Positions 29,355 to 39,075 of a stretch of DNA of 54,578 bases are shown in pieces (within the stretch, counting starts at the first letter, position 1; every line of letters begins with the position of its first letter). A program made the position numbers and the translations under genes. The notes under the pieces were generated by a model. That model had not been told where the DNA came from and did no database searches. It worked only from the letters and a program-made list of their open reading frames with translations. Source of the stretch: Candidatus Saccharimonadales bacterium (GTDB taxonomy: Bacteria; Patescibacteriota; Saccharimonadia; Saccharimonadales; JBGTLD01); the NCBI GenBank assembly GCA_041744275.1, contig JBGTLD010000025.1:1-54578 (forward strand), in the 5' to 3' direction.

Positions 29355-30543
29355 AGTTGTTGTCTATACAAACCGGGCATGTTTCTTCGTGTTCTTCTTC
29401 AGCCAAGAATCTCGGCAATGCTGATCGGAAGGGTTCATAATCGTGATAAGCAATGAGGTCTGCGAGTCTTCTTAGCCACCACCCACTTCGACCATAGATT
29501 CGTATATTTCCCCATAATACAGCAGCCCAATGTGGGCCAGCTGGCATGACATAAATCGGTTTCTTTGCTTTGTAGGGTTTCGGGTCTTTATTATCTGCCA
29601 TTCGTATCATATTTTTAGCCACAAAGTGACCATCATATAGCGCAGTCTGGGCCATGCCACTATAAGGAGTGTCTGCGTTATCGCCGAGCACGTATATACC
29701 TGGCTCTGCTTGGAGAAATTGATCAACCCTTACTTTTCTCGTTGATGATATTTGGAAGTTATTTTCATCAAAGAAAGGGTTATTCGACATGCCTGCGGTC
29801 CATATGACAGTATGACTGCGAATCGGTTTGTTGTTAACCATCAGTGCGTCGACTGTTTGGGCCTGTACACAGGTTTTTGTGTAGACTTTGATACCTTGCT
29901 TCTTGAGTTGGTTTGTCACCGTTCTTGAAATGTCTTTTGGCATCCGTGGAAGAATTCTGGGTGCTGCTTCTACGAGATCGACGTGGATTTTTCTGTCACC
30001 AAGGCCATGATGCTTGGCTATTTCACGTATGTACGATGGTAATACCCCCGCTAACTCAACTCCTGTTGGCCCACCACCCACAACAACGTAATTAAGATCA
30101 GGTTTATGATCTGCTGCGATTTGTGCGTGAAGATGTTGCTTGAGCTCTTCTGCCTCTTCTAATGATTTAATACCGTAAGAGTACTCTTTTAAACCCTTAA
30201 TATTAAAGTAGTTAGTCACAACTCCAACTGCAATTATTGCAGCATCGTAGTGAAGTGTGTGATTTATTTCTGTATGTATAATTTTTTTCTGACGGTCGAT
30301 CTTTGTCGCTTTGTCATGGAGTATGTGAACTGGCTTGTCTTTAAATATGTGAGAAAGCGCAATACTAGATATTTTCCGGGTACCACCGGTTGCAGTTTTA
30401 TAGAGTGCTCCGTAAATTCTAAAATCAGTGGTAGTGCTAATGAGCGTTACGTGGAACCGAGGATCTTCGCATAGTTCAAGAGCCGCTTTTACTCCTGCGA
30501 AACCTGATCCAATAATAACAATTCGATGTTTGTTTTGAGACAT
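29335..30543 (-). CDS. ndh: type II NADH dehydrogenase (NDH-2)
   Basis: Two dinucleotide folds, IVIIGSGFAGV and VVVGGGPTGVELAG. 402 aa. Confidence 0.85.
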   Translation of the reverse strand: MSQNKHRIVIIGSGFAGVKAALELCEDPRFHVTLISTTTDFRIYGALYKTATGGTRKISSIALSHIFKDKPVHILHDKATKIDRQKKIIHTEINHTLHYDAAIIAVGVVTNYFNIKGLKEYSYGIKSLEEAEELKQHLHAQIAADHKPDLNYVVVGGGPTGVELAGVLPSYIREIAKHHGLGDRKIHVDLVEAAPRILPRMPKDISRTVTNQLKKQGIKVYTKTCVQAQTVDALMVNNKPIRSHTVIWTAGMSNNPFFDENNFQISSTRKVRVDQFLQAEPGIYVLGDNADTPYSGMAQTALYDGHFVAKNMIRMADNKDPKPYKAKKPIYVMPAGPHWAAVLWGNIRIYGRSGWWLRRLADLIAYHDYEPFRSALPRFLAEEEHEETCPVCIDNNSKKINA

Positions 30544-30616
30544 ATATAAGAAGTGTACTAAACGTTTATGCTTACTGTAAACTTTTTATGCTTTTTGCTA
30601 TATACTTGATGATATT

Positions 30617-32269
30617 ATGCAATCAATAAAAAAAGATATAGCTCGGTTTTTTAAAGGCGAGCTTCATGATAGTAGGCGTGTGCGTGATGAGTTCAGTCAC
30701 GACGCGAGTATGTTCGAATTAGTTCCTGAACTCGTGGCAGCACCAAAAGACTCTAAGGATATTCAAGAGCTCGTAAAGTATGTCAGTGCAAAAAAGTCTA
30801 CATATCCGAAGCTTTCGATCACGCCTCGAAGTGCAGGTACAGACATGAGCGGTGGTGCAATTGGTGAGTCAATTGTACTTGATATGAAAAAACACCTAAA
30901 CACTATATTTGAGGTGTCTGCAACCGAAGCACACACACAGCCAGGTGTTTTCTATCGTGATTTTGAAGCAGCCACTCTTGAGCACGGTGCATTAATGCCT
31001 TCATATCCTGCGAGTAGGGATCTGTGTACTGTTGGTGGTATGGTTGCAAATAATTCTGGTGGTGAAAAGTCACTTGAGCACGGTAAAACCGAAAAATTTG
31101 TCACTGAACTAAAGGTGATTTTCAGTGATGGGCATGAATATACTGTTAAGCCGCTAAATAAAGCCGAACTTAAGTCTAAGATGAATCAAAAGGATTTCGA
31201 GGGCAAGGTCTACAGAGATGTTTTTACGCTCCTCGAAGATAACTACGATGCAATCAAGGCAGCTAAGCCGCACGTAAGCAAAGATTCTACCGGCTATCAC
31301 ATGTGGAATGTGTGGGATCGAGAAACTGGTGTGTTTGATCTTACTCAAATGATCGTTGGATCGCAAGGTACGCTTGGAATTGTAACTGACATTAGATTTC
31401 GATTAGTACCGGCACCAAAGCACTCTGGTACACTTGTGGTGTTTCTTAGAGATATAAATGATCTAGGGCATATAATTAAGAAAGTTGTACGTCAAAATCC
31501 GGCTACTTTCGAAGGTTTTGACAACTATACTCTAATGCTCAGCTTTAAGCTTTTTCTATTTTTTCATAAAAAACTTGGATGGTTTGGTCTTGCAAAGCTC
31601 GGAATACAGCTAATTCCAGATGCTTTTATGCTGTTCCGAGGTATCCCCAAAATGGTATTACTCGTAGAATTTAATGGTGAGACGCCCGAAGAAGTTAAGC
31701 AAAAAGTTCATGCATGTCGACTAAGCCTCGGGTCTTTTGCAAAGCACGCTCTTTTTGAAGAAGATGAAACAGAAGCAAAAGCTCGTAAGTTTTGGATTAT
31801 GAGACGCGAAAGCTTTAGTTTGCTACGACAAAAAGTGAAAGACAAGCACACCGCACCGTTTATAGATGACCTTGTTGTAAACCCAGAACATTTGCCTAAG
31901 TTCCTTCCAGAACTACGAGAAATACTTAATAAATATAAACTACTTGCAACAGTGGCCGGCCATATGGGCGATGGAAATTTCCATGTTATTCCACTTATGA
32001 AAATTGAAGATGCGCTAGAGCGTATAAAAATCGCTCCTGTCATGAAAGAGGTGAATGAGCTCGTACTTAAGTATGACGGTAGTCTGAGTGGTGAGCACAA
32101 TGATGGTATGTCTCGTGGTCCTTGGTTATACCAAATGTATAACCCAGAGATAATGGCACACTTTAGGAGCGTCAAAACTATTTTTGACCCACAGAACATA
32201 TTTAATCCTCATAAAAAAACCGATGCTGACTGGGCATATTCGATGGCAAATTTGCGACAGCACTTTTAG
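30617..32269 (+). CDS. FAD-linked oxidase (GlcD / D-lactate dehydrogenase-like)
   Basis: PCMH-type FAD-binding segment PRSAGTDMSGGAIG.., GGMVANNSGG and a C-terminal GEHNDG. Confidence 0.75.
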   Translation: MQSIKKDIARFFKGELHDSRRVRDEFSHDASMFELVPELVAAPKDSKDIQELVKYVSAKKSTYPKLSITPRSAGTDMSGGAIGESIVLDMKKHLNTIFEVSATEAHTQPGVFYRDFEAATLEHGALMPSYPASRDLCTVGGMVANNSGGEKSLEHGKTEKFVTELKVIFSDGHEYTVKPLNKAELKSKMNQKDFEGKVYRDVFTLLEDNYDAIKAAKPHVSKDSTGYHMWNVWDRETGVFDLTQMIVGSQGTLGIVTDIRFRLVPAPKHSGTLVVFLRDINDLGHIIKKVVRQNPATFEGFDNYTLMLSFKLFLFFHKKLGWFGLAKLGIQLIPDAFMLFRGIPKMVLLVEFNGETPEEVKQKVHACRLSLGSFAKHALFEEDETEAKARKFWIMRRESFSLLRQKVKDKHTAPFIDDLVVNPEHLPKFLPELREILNKYKLLATVAGHMGDGNFHVIPLMKIEDALERIKIAPVMKEVNELVLKYDGSLSGEHNDGMSRGPWLYQMYNPEIMAHFRSVKTIFDPQNIFNPHKKTDADWAYSMANLRQHF

Positions 32270-32284
32270 GTTGTAAATACTGAT

Positions 32285-33259
32285 CTATCTAAGAAGGTTG
32301 TTGTGTTGGTTGACATAGTAATTATGCTGGTTTTTGATACTTTGACACCGAGACCTATCTTTCTCGATTACTCGATTAAAAAATAGATCATCAACACCAA
32401 GCGTAGCTTGCTTGTTGCGCACCGTACGTATACATATTTGATATTGGCTATTGAGAAGTGTTACGCGGTCTTGAAGGTCGCGTAATTCAGAACTTGAAGG
32501 TCGTGGTTGAAATAGTAAAATAACGGATAAAAATATAATAACTACCACAGACACTATACCAATGACTCGTGTGATATATTGCAATCTGTAAGATTTTTTT
32601 AATTCTACCACTGACGGGATATAGGCGCGATGGTTATGTAGCTTACCTAGTTTAAAAAACGACTCAGTACGCGGTGTAATGTAGGGTTTCCAGACGGTGT
32701 CAACAATTGCATGCTGGCTTGTGAAATGGTTAAAATATTGAAAATATTCTTTCGGTGTTACGTCCATTATCGCTTCTTGGTTTTTTGGTAGAGAGTTTAG
32801 GATCACAATACCAAAGCCAATTTCCACTGTGGCAAATGTGAGCACCTCGTCACTCATCATCTGCGTTATTTTTGTATCTGCGTGTCTTGTCAGAATAACA
32901 TACTTGGTTACATGCCTTGCAAGAATGGCCGCTGTTGTTGGTGCATCTTGGAGAGATTGTAGGCCTAATCTTAGGGTGTAGCTTTTCTTGGTATCATCGT
33001 AGTGGGAAACTGCTGCGTGGACACTACTATCTACGACAACATCAAAGCTCGCATGCTTTATTCCAAGCCATGCAAATAAGAGTTTTGCCATGATATGAAC
33101 GTCATCAATTTGGAGTAGTCGGTTAAAATAAATTGGTGGAGGTAGAAGAATATCGGAGTCACGTCTATAAACAGAGAGAACATCTCGAAGTATATCTGTT
33201 GTGGCTTGGGTTGTCACAGGGTAACTAGTGTCGGTGCCTGAAACTGAACTACTCTTCAT
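32285..33259 (-). CDS. hypothetical protein with one TM helix (324 aa)
   Basis: ORF; TM helix IGIVSVVVIIFLSVILLF. No family recognised. Confidence 0.55.
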   Translation of the reverse strand: MKSSSVSGTDTSYPVTTQATTDILRDVLSVYRRDSDILLPPPIYFNRLLQIDDVHIMAKLLFAWLGIKHASFDVVVDSSVHAAVSHYDDTKKSYTLRLGLQSLQDAPTTAAILARHVTKYVILTRHADTKITQMMSDEVLTFATVEIGFGIVILNSLPKNQEAIMDVTPKEYFQYFNHFTSQHAIVDTVWKPYITPRTESFFKLGKLHNHRAYIPSVVELKKSYRLQYITRVIGIVSVVVIIFLSVILLFQPRPSSSELRDLQDRVTLLNSQYQICIRTVRNKQATLGVDDLFFNRVIEKDRSRCQSIKNQHNYYVNQHNNLLR

Positions 33260-33326
33260 AGTTCTATAGTAATTCGATTATGCTTAAAATGCCATGAAAA
33301 AGCAAAGTAACTCTATAGACCGTGTG

Positions 33327-33440
33327 CTAAATGGTAGCAAATGTGTCGGTCAACTGAAATATCTCTTTCGAATCTCTTGATGGATTTGAAAGTGATCTAA
33401 ACTGATTTGAATTTACTGCAAATCGCTTCTGGTTGTACAT
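33327..33440 (-). CDS. possible 37-aa small protein
   Basis: ATG preceded by AAAGGAG at 6-nt spacing, encoding MYNQKRFAVNSNQFRSLSNPSRDSKEIFQLTDTFATI. RBS quality is the only support. Confidence 0.25.
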   Translation of the reverse strand: MYNQKRFAVNSNQFRSLSNPSRDSKEIFQLTDTFATI

Positions 33441-33489
33441 CTTAAACTCCTTTGGTACACACTAATAATAAATCTCTTAGTGATAATAT

Positions 33490-33532
33490 GCTGTGAACTA
33501 GCTTGCACACAGCGTGTAAAAAAAGTTACAAT
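33490..33532 (+). promoter_or_regulatory. candidate promoter with overlapping palindromic operator upstream of the crp-like gene
   Basis: GCTGTG-N12-CACAGC (33490-33513) contains TGTGA. TTGCAC (33503), an 18-nt spacer, then TACAAT (33527). Confidence 0.35.
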
Positions 33533-33587
33533 TCTCGCACCATGACCCAAAGCAATTTAGTACAGTTATGGTTATGAGGATTTTACA

Positions 33588-34250
33588 GTGCTTCTAAATG
33601 AAGAACTAATAGCGTATTTTAAGAAATTCCCAAGTAGAAAATATCGCAAAGATAGCATCGTGCTTTATCAGGGGGAGGTCGCGCGGTCGGTGTACTACAT
33701 TGTGAGTGGTGCGCTCAAAGCCTACAGTATCAATACACAAGGCGAGGAAAGAATTGTTCTATTTTATTCCAAGGACGATTTATTTCCAATTCCTTGGTCA
33801 GTTGGTTCCCGTGCAAATGCGCAGTATTATTTTGAGGCGCTCACAGAGAGTGAGCTTATAATTATCCCACAACATGATTTAAAGTCATTTACGCAGAGCA
33901 GACCACAAGCTATGCAGTCGATTGCCGATTATTACATTCATGCTCACACCACTGCAATGATGCGTATCAATGCACTAGAGCAAGCGAAGGCCAGTGAAAA
34001 GCTGACATATACTATTTTTTACTTACTACAGGGATATGGGCAGGAAATACATGAGGGGGTGTATAAAATAAACATCTCTTTAACGCAGCAGATGATTGCT
34101 TCTTTAATTGGCTTAACTCGAGAAACGACAGCGAATGAATTATTGGCACTTAAGAAAAAAGGCGTACTTTCTTATAAGTCTCAAAGGTACATGGTGAACA
34201 GGCAAAAACTATTAAAACTTATGGGTGAAGAAAGTTTTAATGAATTATAA
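33588..34250 (+). CDS. Crp/Fnr family transcriptional regulator
   Basis: cNMP-binding beta-barrel pattern plus a C-terminal HTH SLTQQMIASLIGLTRETTANELLALKKKGVL. There is no N-terminal Cys cluster, so it is not FNR-type. Confidence 0.85.
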   Translation: MLLNEELIAYFKKFPSRKYRKDSIVLYQGEVARSVYYIVSGALKAYSINTQGEERIVLFYSKDDLFPIPWSVGSRANAQYYFEALTESELIIIPQHDLKSFTQSRPQAMQSIADYYIHAHTTAMMRINALEQAKASEKLTYTIFYLLQGYGQEIHEGVYKINISLTQQMIASLIGLTRETTANELLALKKKGVLSYKSQRYMVNRQKLLKLMGEESFNEL

Positions 34251-34267
34251 GCACAGTTAACAGGGAT

Positions 34268-34696
34268 TTACTGTGTTACTTTCTCGGGTTTTAAGATATT
34301 TTTTACGAGTTGCACGAGTTCTTTTGGTGTTGCCCATGCCTTTAGGACGTATTTATGTGCCCCAAGTTTGTACGCTTCATCAATCTCTTTTTGCATATCA
34401 AGGTTGCTAAATATAATTACTTTGACGTCTGGATGATCAGTCGATAAGTTGTAATTTTTAAGGAATTCAACGCCTCCCATTTTAGGCATTCTTAGATCTA
34501 ATAATATTAGATCTGGTTCTAAGTCTTGAGTTATTTCTAGCGCCTCAGTACCGTCAAATGCCGTAAAAGTATCATGACCTTGTTTTTCAAGTATCATTTG
34601 ATATGCGCGATTAAGATGTCTCTCATCTTCGACTACGAGGATTTTTGCCACAAGCAAGCTCCGATTACAGTTCTTCAAACATTCACGAGTATACAA
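34268..34696 (-). CDS. single-domain response regulator (REC)
   Basis: KILVVEDE.., DLILLDLRMPKMGG, ..KYVLKA. The real start is probably the in-frame GTG just before AKILVVED. Confidence 0.85.
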   Translation of the reverse strand: MYTRECLKNCNRSLLVAKILVVEDERHLNRAYQMILEKQGHDTFTAFDGTEALEITQDLEPDLILLDLRMPKMGGVEFLKNYNLSTDHPDVKVIIFSNLDMQKEIDEAYKLGAHKYVLKAWATPKELVQLVKNILKPEKVTQ

Positions 34697-34817
34697 GTTA
34701 CTACTGCTATGTATCTGTAATATATATTACCTTATAAGTTCAATCAGGGGTAATAAAAAGTGCTAGCTTAGTTCGTTTTTGTTTGCCCCATGATCGTTCG
34801 TTGTCATTGTGTTGTTA

Positions 34818-35987
34818 TTAAGATACGCAACGGCTTGTACCAACGGAGTTCTCTGTACGTTCTGCTTCTGCTATGAGCGGCAAAATAACATCAGAAGTAA
34901 TGGCGTATCCAATGTTAGGGTCTGTTTGAGATTTTGCGAATATGACACCGATGACTGTGCCGTCGGTGAGTACCACCGGTCCCCCAGAGTTACCCGAATT
35001 AACTTGTGTTTGTAAAATGAACACAGATCTATCTACCACTCCGCGATTATAGATATTTCGTCCACGCGCTGTTATTGCACGTAACACTGCTGCTGGGTCA
35101 GCTTCTAAAGGCCCACCCCCTGGATATCCAAGCGTAATTCCTTGAACGCCTCTGTCGGCACGTGTGGGAAGAATCCGCAAGGGCTCACCCGCAAGGCCTT
35201 CAGTTCTTAGGATTGCAATATCTAGATCTGGGTCAAAGTACACCACACGTGCACTGCGACTGCCATCAACATCTACAACCGATGGGTCTGTAGCGCCAGC
35301 AACAACGTGGGCATTGGTTACAACTAGGTCTGGTGCGCCTACAAATCCTGAACCAAACAATCGGCCACCACATCCAGCAGATTCAATTCTGACCGTTGAT
35401 TTACCAGCAGTTTCAAGCGCTGCAGCAACTTCCGCTGATGATGGTTGCGTCACCGGTTCAATTTGCTGAGGCTCAGGACCTATAAAAACTTGTGGGAATA
35501 TAGACGGATTAATAACTGAAGATAATCTACCGAGAATCTCGGGTGCCGGTGGAAGGGATGTCGAGAGTTTCCTGATAGTGAACGAGTTTGCTATGCGCTT
35601 ATTTAAATCAGGAAATGGTGTCGTAGACAGCACTGAAGCAAATAACCATACCAAAATTAATGATAATCCAACACCAAATGTTGCACCAAATAACCGGTCT
35701 GCACGGTTTAGTTTTGCCCAATGAAGTGCTTTCGCAAGCTTGTTACCGATAGTTTGACCAACAACACTGAGTAGTGACCCACTTATAAAAATAATTGCCA
35801 AAATAACAGTAAGTCGCACGAATGGATCTGTGATTTGTTCTCCAGCAACTGGACTCACAAATGTACCAATAATGAGACCTAGCCAAAATCCTGCTAGTGA
35901 GAAAAAACCCCTAGAAAAGCCGTGCGAATACCATCGACGTGCTTGTATCAGTAGAAATATGAATATAAAAATATCTACAATATTCAT
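34818..35987 (-). CDS. MarP-like CvpA-domain / trypsin-like serine protease fusion
   Basis: An N-terminal 4-TM CvpA-like region followed by S1 triad motifs TNAHVVAG, DLDIAILR and GNSGGPVV. Confidence 0.8.
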   Translation of the reverse strand: MNIVDIFIFIFLLIQARRWYSHGFSRGFFSLAGFWLGLIIGTFVSPVAGEQITDPFVRLTVILAIIFISGSLLSVVGQTIGNKLAKALHWAKLNRADRLFGATFGVGLSLILVWLFASVLSTTPFPDLNKRIANSFTIRKLSTSLPPAPEILGRLSSVINPSIFPQVFIGPEPQQIEPVTQPSSAEVAAALETAGKSTVRIESAGCGGRLFGSGFVGAPDLVVTNAHVVAGATDPSVVDVDGSRSARVVYFDPDLDIAILRTEGLAGEPLRILPTRADRGVQGITLGYPGGGPLEADPAAVLRAITARGRNIYNRGVVDRSVFILQTQVNSGNSGGPVVLTDGTVIGVIFAKSQTDPNIGYAITSDVILPLIAEAERTENSVGTSRCVS

Positions 35988-35992
35988 AAAAA

Positions 35993-36610
35993 TTAGCCGA
36001 TAATAGGAGCTTCTTTAATGTAGGTATTGTTTTCGAGCACTTCTAATGCAGCTTGAGCAACTTCTGCTCTTGATACGAAAAGTTTACCTGGTCCGTGATT
36101 TTTAAGGGTAAAATCTTTTGGTTTTTGGTTCGTAAGTTTTAGTACTCGCAGTAATGTCCAGTTTAAATCGGATGACTGCAAGAGTTTCGCATGAGTAACG
36201 CCGTCGGAGATTCTTGCAGGATCTATCTGTTTTATTGTTGCGTTAAGTATCCTGTCGATAATAGGAATGATGTCTCCAGGAAAACGGACACCAGTACCGG
36301 TAAGGCTCACAAATCGTTTTATACCAATTTCTTGCATACAGCTCAGAATAGTTGCGGTTGCTTTTGTCTGAACATCTGCTGGCGAGTTCTTTGTGTGGCC
36401 TATGAACGACACAACGGCGTCTTGCTGTGCAAGTAAGCGATGCACGTCATCTTTGTTTGTTGCGTCACATGGAATACATACAAGGTTCTTTGTGTTCGGA
36501 AATGGGTTGCTATGATGTGTTCCGGCGGTTATTTCATGGCCAGCATCAAGTGCGGCGTACACGAATGCTCGTCCTGACTTTCCATTGGCGGCAATAACGG
36601 CTATTTTCAT
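35993..36610 (-). CDS. NAD(P)H-binding oxidoreductase (atypical SDR)
   Basis: MKIAVIAANGKSGRAFV Rossmann N-terminus. Confidence 0.7.
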   Translation of the reverse strand: MKIAVIAANGKSGRAFVYAALDAGHEITAGTHHSNPFPNTKNLVCIPCDATNKDDVHRLLAQQDAVVSFIGHTKNSPADVQTKATATILSCMQEIGIKRFVSLTGTGVRFPGDIIPIIDRILNATIKQIDPARISDGVTHAKLLQSSDLNWTLLRVLKLTNQKPKDFTLKNHGPGKLFVSRAEVAQAALEVLENNTYIKEAPIIG

Positions 36611-36696
36611 ACTCTTATCTTTTCATTTAAAAACGTAAATACAAGTTAATTTACTCTCACATTCAGTAAACATTATAAAGTATACTTCATAACACT

Positions 36697-37017
36697 ATGA
36701 GTATAGTACGCAATGTAAAAAAAATTATCTCGGCAGTTATTGGGTTTCCTTTGTTAGTTATAGGAATCATTCTAATTCCACTGCCAGGGCCAGGGTTGCT
36801 TATTAGTATTGTTGCACTGTATGTTTTGTCCTTAGGTTTTAGCTGGGCAGATGAAAAACTGCAGTCTTCCCTTAATTTATGTAAGAAAATATATAGAGAC
36901 GCAGAAACGCGAGCCGATAGGGTTGAAGAGTCATTAAATAAGCGCTGGGAAAAACGACAGCTACGAAAGAAAGTCGATAAAGGTACGGCTCAGTATGATA
37001 CAGATGCTCCAAAGTAG
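36697..37017 (+). CDS. PGPGW-motif small membrane protein
   Basis: LIPLPGPGLLISIVAL motif and two TM helices. Confidence 0.6.
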   Translation: MSIVRNVKKIISAVIGFPLLVIGIILIPLPGPGLLISIVALYVLSLGFSWADEKLQSSLNLCKKIYRDAETRADRVEESLNKRWEKRQLRKKVDKGTAQYDTDAPK

Positions 37018-37812
37018 TAAAACTCCGAGGGAAGAGCGAAACATCAACTTGCCATATGGAATTGCGTCTAGGTTCCTGTTTTTGATCGCAAGTGCTGTCC
37101 AATAAATGCTTACAAGTGATAATGTAACGCTGTAAAATATGCCAAGATTTGCAACCATTCCAAGCGAAACGGTGCTTAGTAAAAACATTATAGAATATAA
37201 AATCATACTGATTTTTGTTCTTTTCACGCCTCGCACTATGGGTAGTAGCGGTACCGAAGCGCTCGCATATTCACTTTTACGAAACAATGCAATCCCATAG
37301 AAATGAACCATTTGCCAACTTATCAGGATCAAGAGGAGTAATAGGCTAATGAAATCTAATCCGTTACCGGCGGCAACGTACCCCACAATAGGCGGTAATG
37401 CTCCAGAAAGACTGCCAACTAATGTACTAGCACTCGTGGTGCGTTTTGCATACCCATACACTACTATGTAGAGGACCATGCCAGTTAAGGATAATAATAA
37501 CGTGAGTAAGCTCGTGGTCAGTAGTAATAAAAGACTACCCATTAGCGCGAGTACTACTGCAAACATCCAGGCATGAGAAAGAGGTATCCTGCCTGTAACG
37601 AGCGCTCGTTGCTTTGTGCGTTCCATAAGCGCATCAATCGAACGATCGATGATGTTATTTATGACACAAGCTGAGGCGATAATCAGTGCAAGTCCTACGC
37701 TCATACTGATAAGGAGTTTTGGCTGAAAGATGGCAGAGCCAACAAAGAAGCCAGCCCATGCGCTCACGAGATTGCCGCGTATTATACCTGGCTTAATAAG
37801 TTGAAGATACAT
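36961..37812 (-). CDS. cyoE: heme O synthase (protoheme IX farnesyltransferase)
   Basis: UbiA-family motifs LIKPGIIRGNL, NNIIDRSIDALMERTKQRALVTG, and about 8 TM helices. Confidence 0.85.
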   Translation of the reverse strand: MYLQLIKPGIIRGNLVSAWAGFFVGSAIFQPKLLISMSVGLALIIASACVINNIIDRSIDALMERTKQRALVTGRIPLSHAWMFAVVLALMGSLLLLLTTSLLTLLLSLTGMVLYIVVYGYAKRTTSASTLVGSLSGALPPIVGYVAAGNGLDFISLLLLLILISWQMVHFYGIALFRKSEYASASVPLLPIVRGVKRTKISMILYSIMFLLSTVSLGMVANLGIFYSVTLSLVSIYWTALAIKNRNLDAIPYGKLMFRSSLGVLLLWSICIILSRTFIDFLS

Positions 37813-37953
37813 GTTTTTTATCGCATAACTCTTTCTTCAATAATAAGTACATAGATTATTTACAGATAAAATCATATTTTATGAGCATTGTGTATGATTC
37901 TAAAACTATAGCATAGGAATGACTCTAGGTCCTTATAGTGGTTTACTCGGTGT

Positions 37954-39075
37954 CTACGCATTCGGGCTCCCGTTCCTGGTGTTGGGGCATTTTTTCTGAC
38001 ATTGCTTCCAAAATGACATGAATGATTGGTACGGTTTATTTGGTATGCCTGGAAAAAGTTTTGGTACGGTATCAGCCTGGATGTTCCACTCCCGAGTGTA
38101 TATATGCTGCATGGTCGTTGCTTTCTCTTGATTGATATTCAGTGACTCTACACTGCCAATATGAATTTGCATGCCAGGTATATCTAATGCGAGGTTCACG
38201 ATAAAATCAGTAACCTTCTCACTTATAGGCCATAACTCAAACCATTTTGGTTCAAGAACCAGGACTCTATTACCGTCCTTACCTGCGTGCCAATTTGGGT
38301 TAATCCACCATGGATGATACAAATATGTGTGCTTCGTAGAGTCTACTAGTGCCGGTGCTACGTCAGGTTTTTTCCACGTAAATGCAGCTTCACACCGAGA
38401 AGTAAGCTTTTCTGGGACGGGCATTGTGGCAAGCTCGTCATATGAATGGTCAATAATTGTGTTGCTCTGCGTTGAGCAAGCAAATTCGTTAATGTTACTT
38501 TGCGAGGGCAGATATTTTTTAGAAGAAAACGTTCCTGCTACCCATTGCCATGAAAGGCTATTAGACGCTACATCACCGTCTAGAAGGTGATAGTACATCC
38601 ATTTTGAGGGCTGCCACCAATGTGTTTGAGCGATATTGCAAACAAGCCCCGCGATCCATAAGCGCTCATGATTATGTAGATAACCTGTTTCATAAAACGA
38701 CTCGATCGCATTATCGATATGGTTAATACCAGTTTCTGCACTCTGTACGGATTGTGGTAATTGCATTGATACCACACGTTCTTGAGTTCGTTTAATGTCT
38801 TTATATATAGCATCTCCACGCATAGCCCATTCATGCTGCCAATATTCTCTCCAGGCAAGTTCAAAAATTAGCTTTTGTGACTTTTCATGCCCATATTTCT
38901 CAACAACAAAATCTCTAACTTCTGGTAATGTAAGCGAACCTCTTGTTATGTAAGGGGATAGCATCGTGCTTTCACCAACATAGTTGCGTCGTGAACTATA
39001 GTATTGGGGTTCTACTAAAGCGAGTCTCGCGCGTGCTGCACTGTGGCTTGTAGGAAATTCTAAAACTACTCCCAT
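37954..39075 (-). CDS. photolyase/cryptochrome-related FAD-binding-domain protein with atypical domain order
   Basis: LSPYITRGSLT, ELAWREYW, TGYLHNHERLW and SNSLSWQWVAGT are photolyase C-terminal helical-domain motifs. Here they lie in the N-terminal two-thirds of the protein and are followed by an extra region of about 150 aa. Confidence 0.65.
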   Translation of the reverse strand: MGVVLEFPTSHSAARARLALVEPQYYSSRRNYVGESTMLSPYITRGSLTLPEVRDFVVEKYGHEKSQKLIFELAWREYWQHEWAMRGDAIYKDIKRTQERVVSMQLPQSVQSAETGINHIDNAIESFYETGYLHNHERLWIAGLVCNIAQTHWWQPSKWMYYHLLDGDVASNSLSWQWVAGTFSSKKYLPSQSNINEFACSTQSNTIIDHSYDELATMPVPEKLTSRCEAAFTWKKPDVAPALVDSTKHTYLYHPWWINPNWHAGKDGNRVLVLEPKWFELWPISEKVTDFIVNLALDIPGMQIHIGSVESLNINQEKATTMQHIYTREWNIQADTVPKLFPGIPNKPYQSFMSFWKQCQKKCPNTRNGSPNA

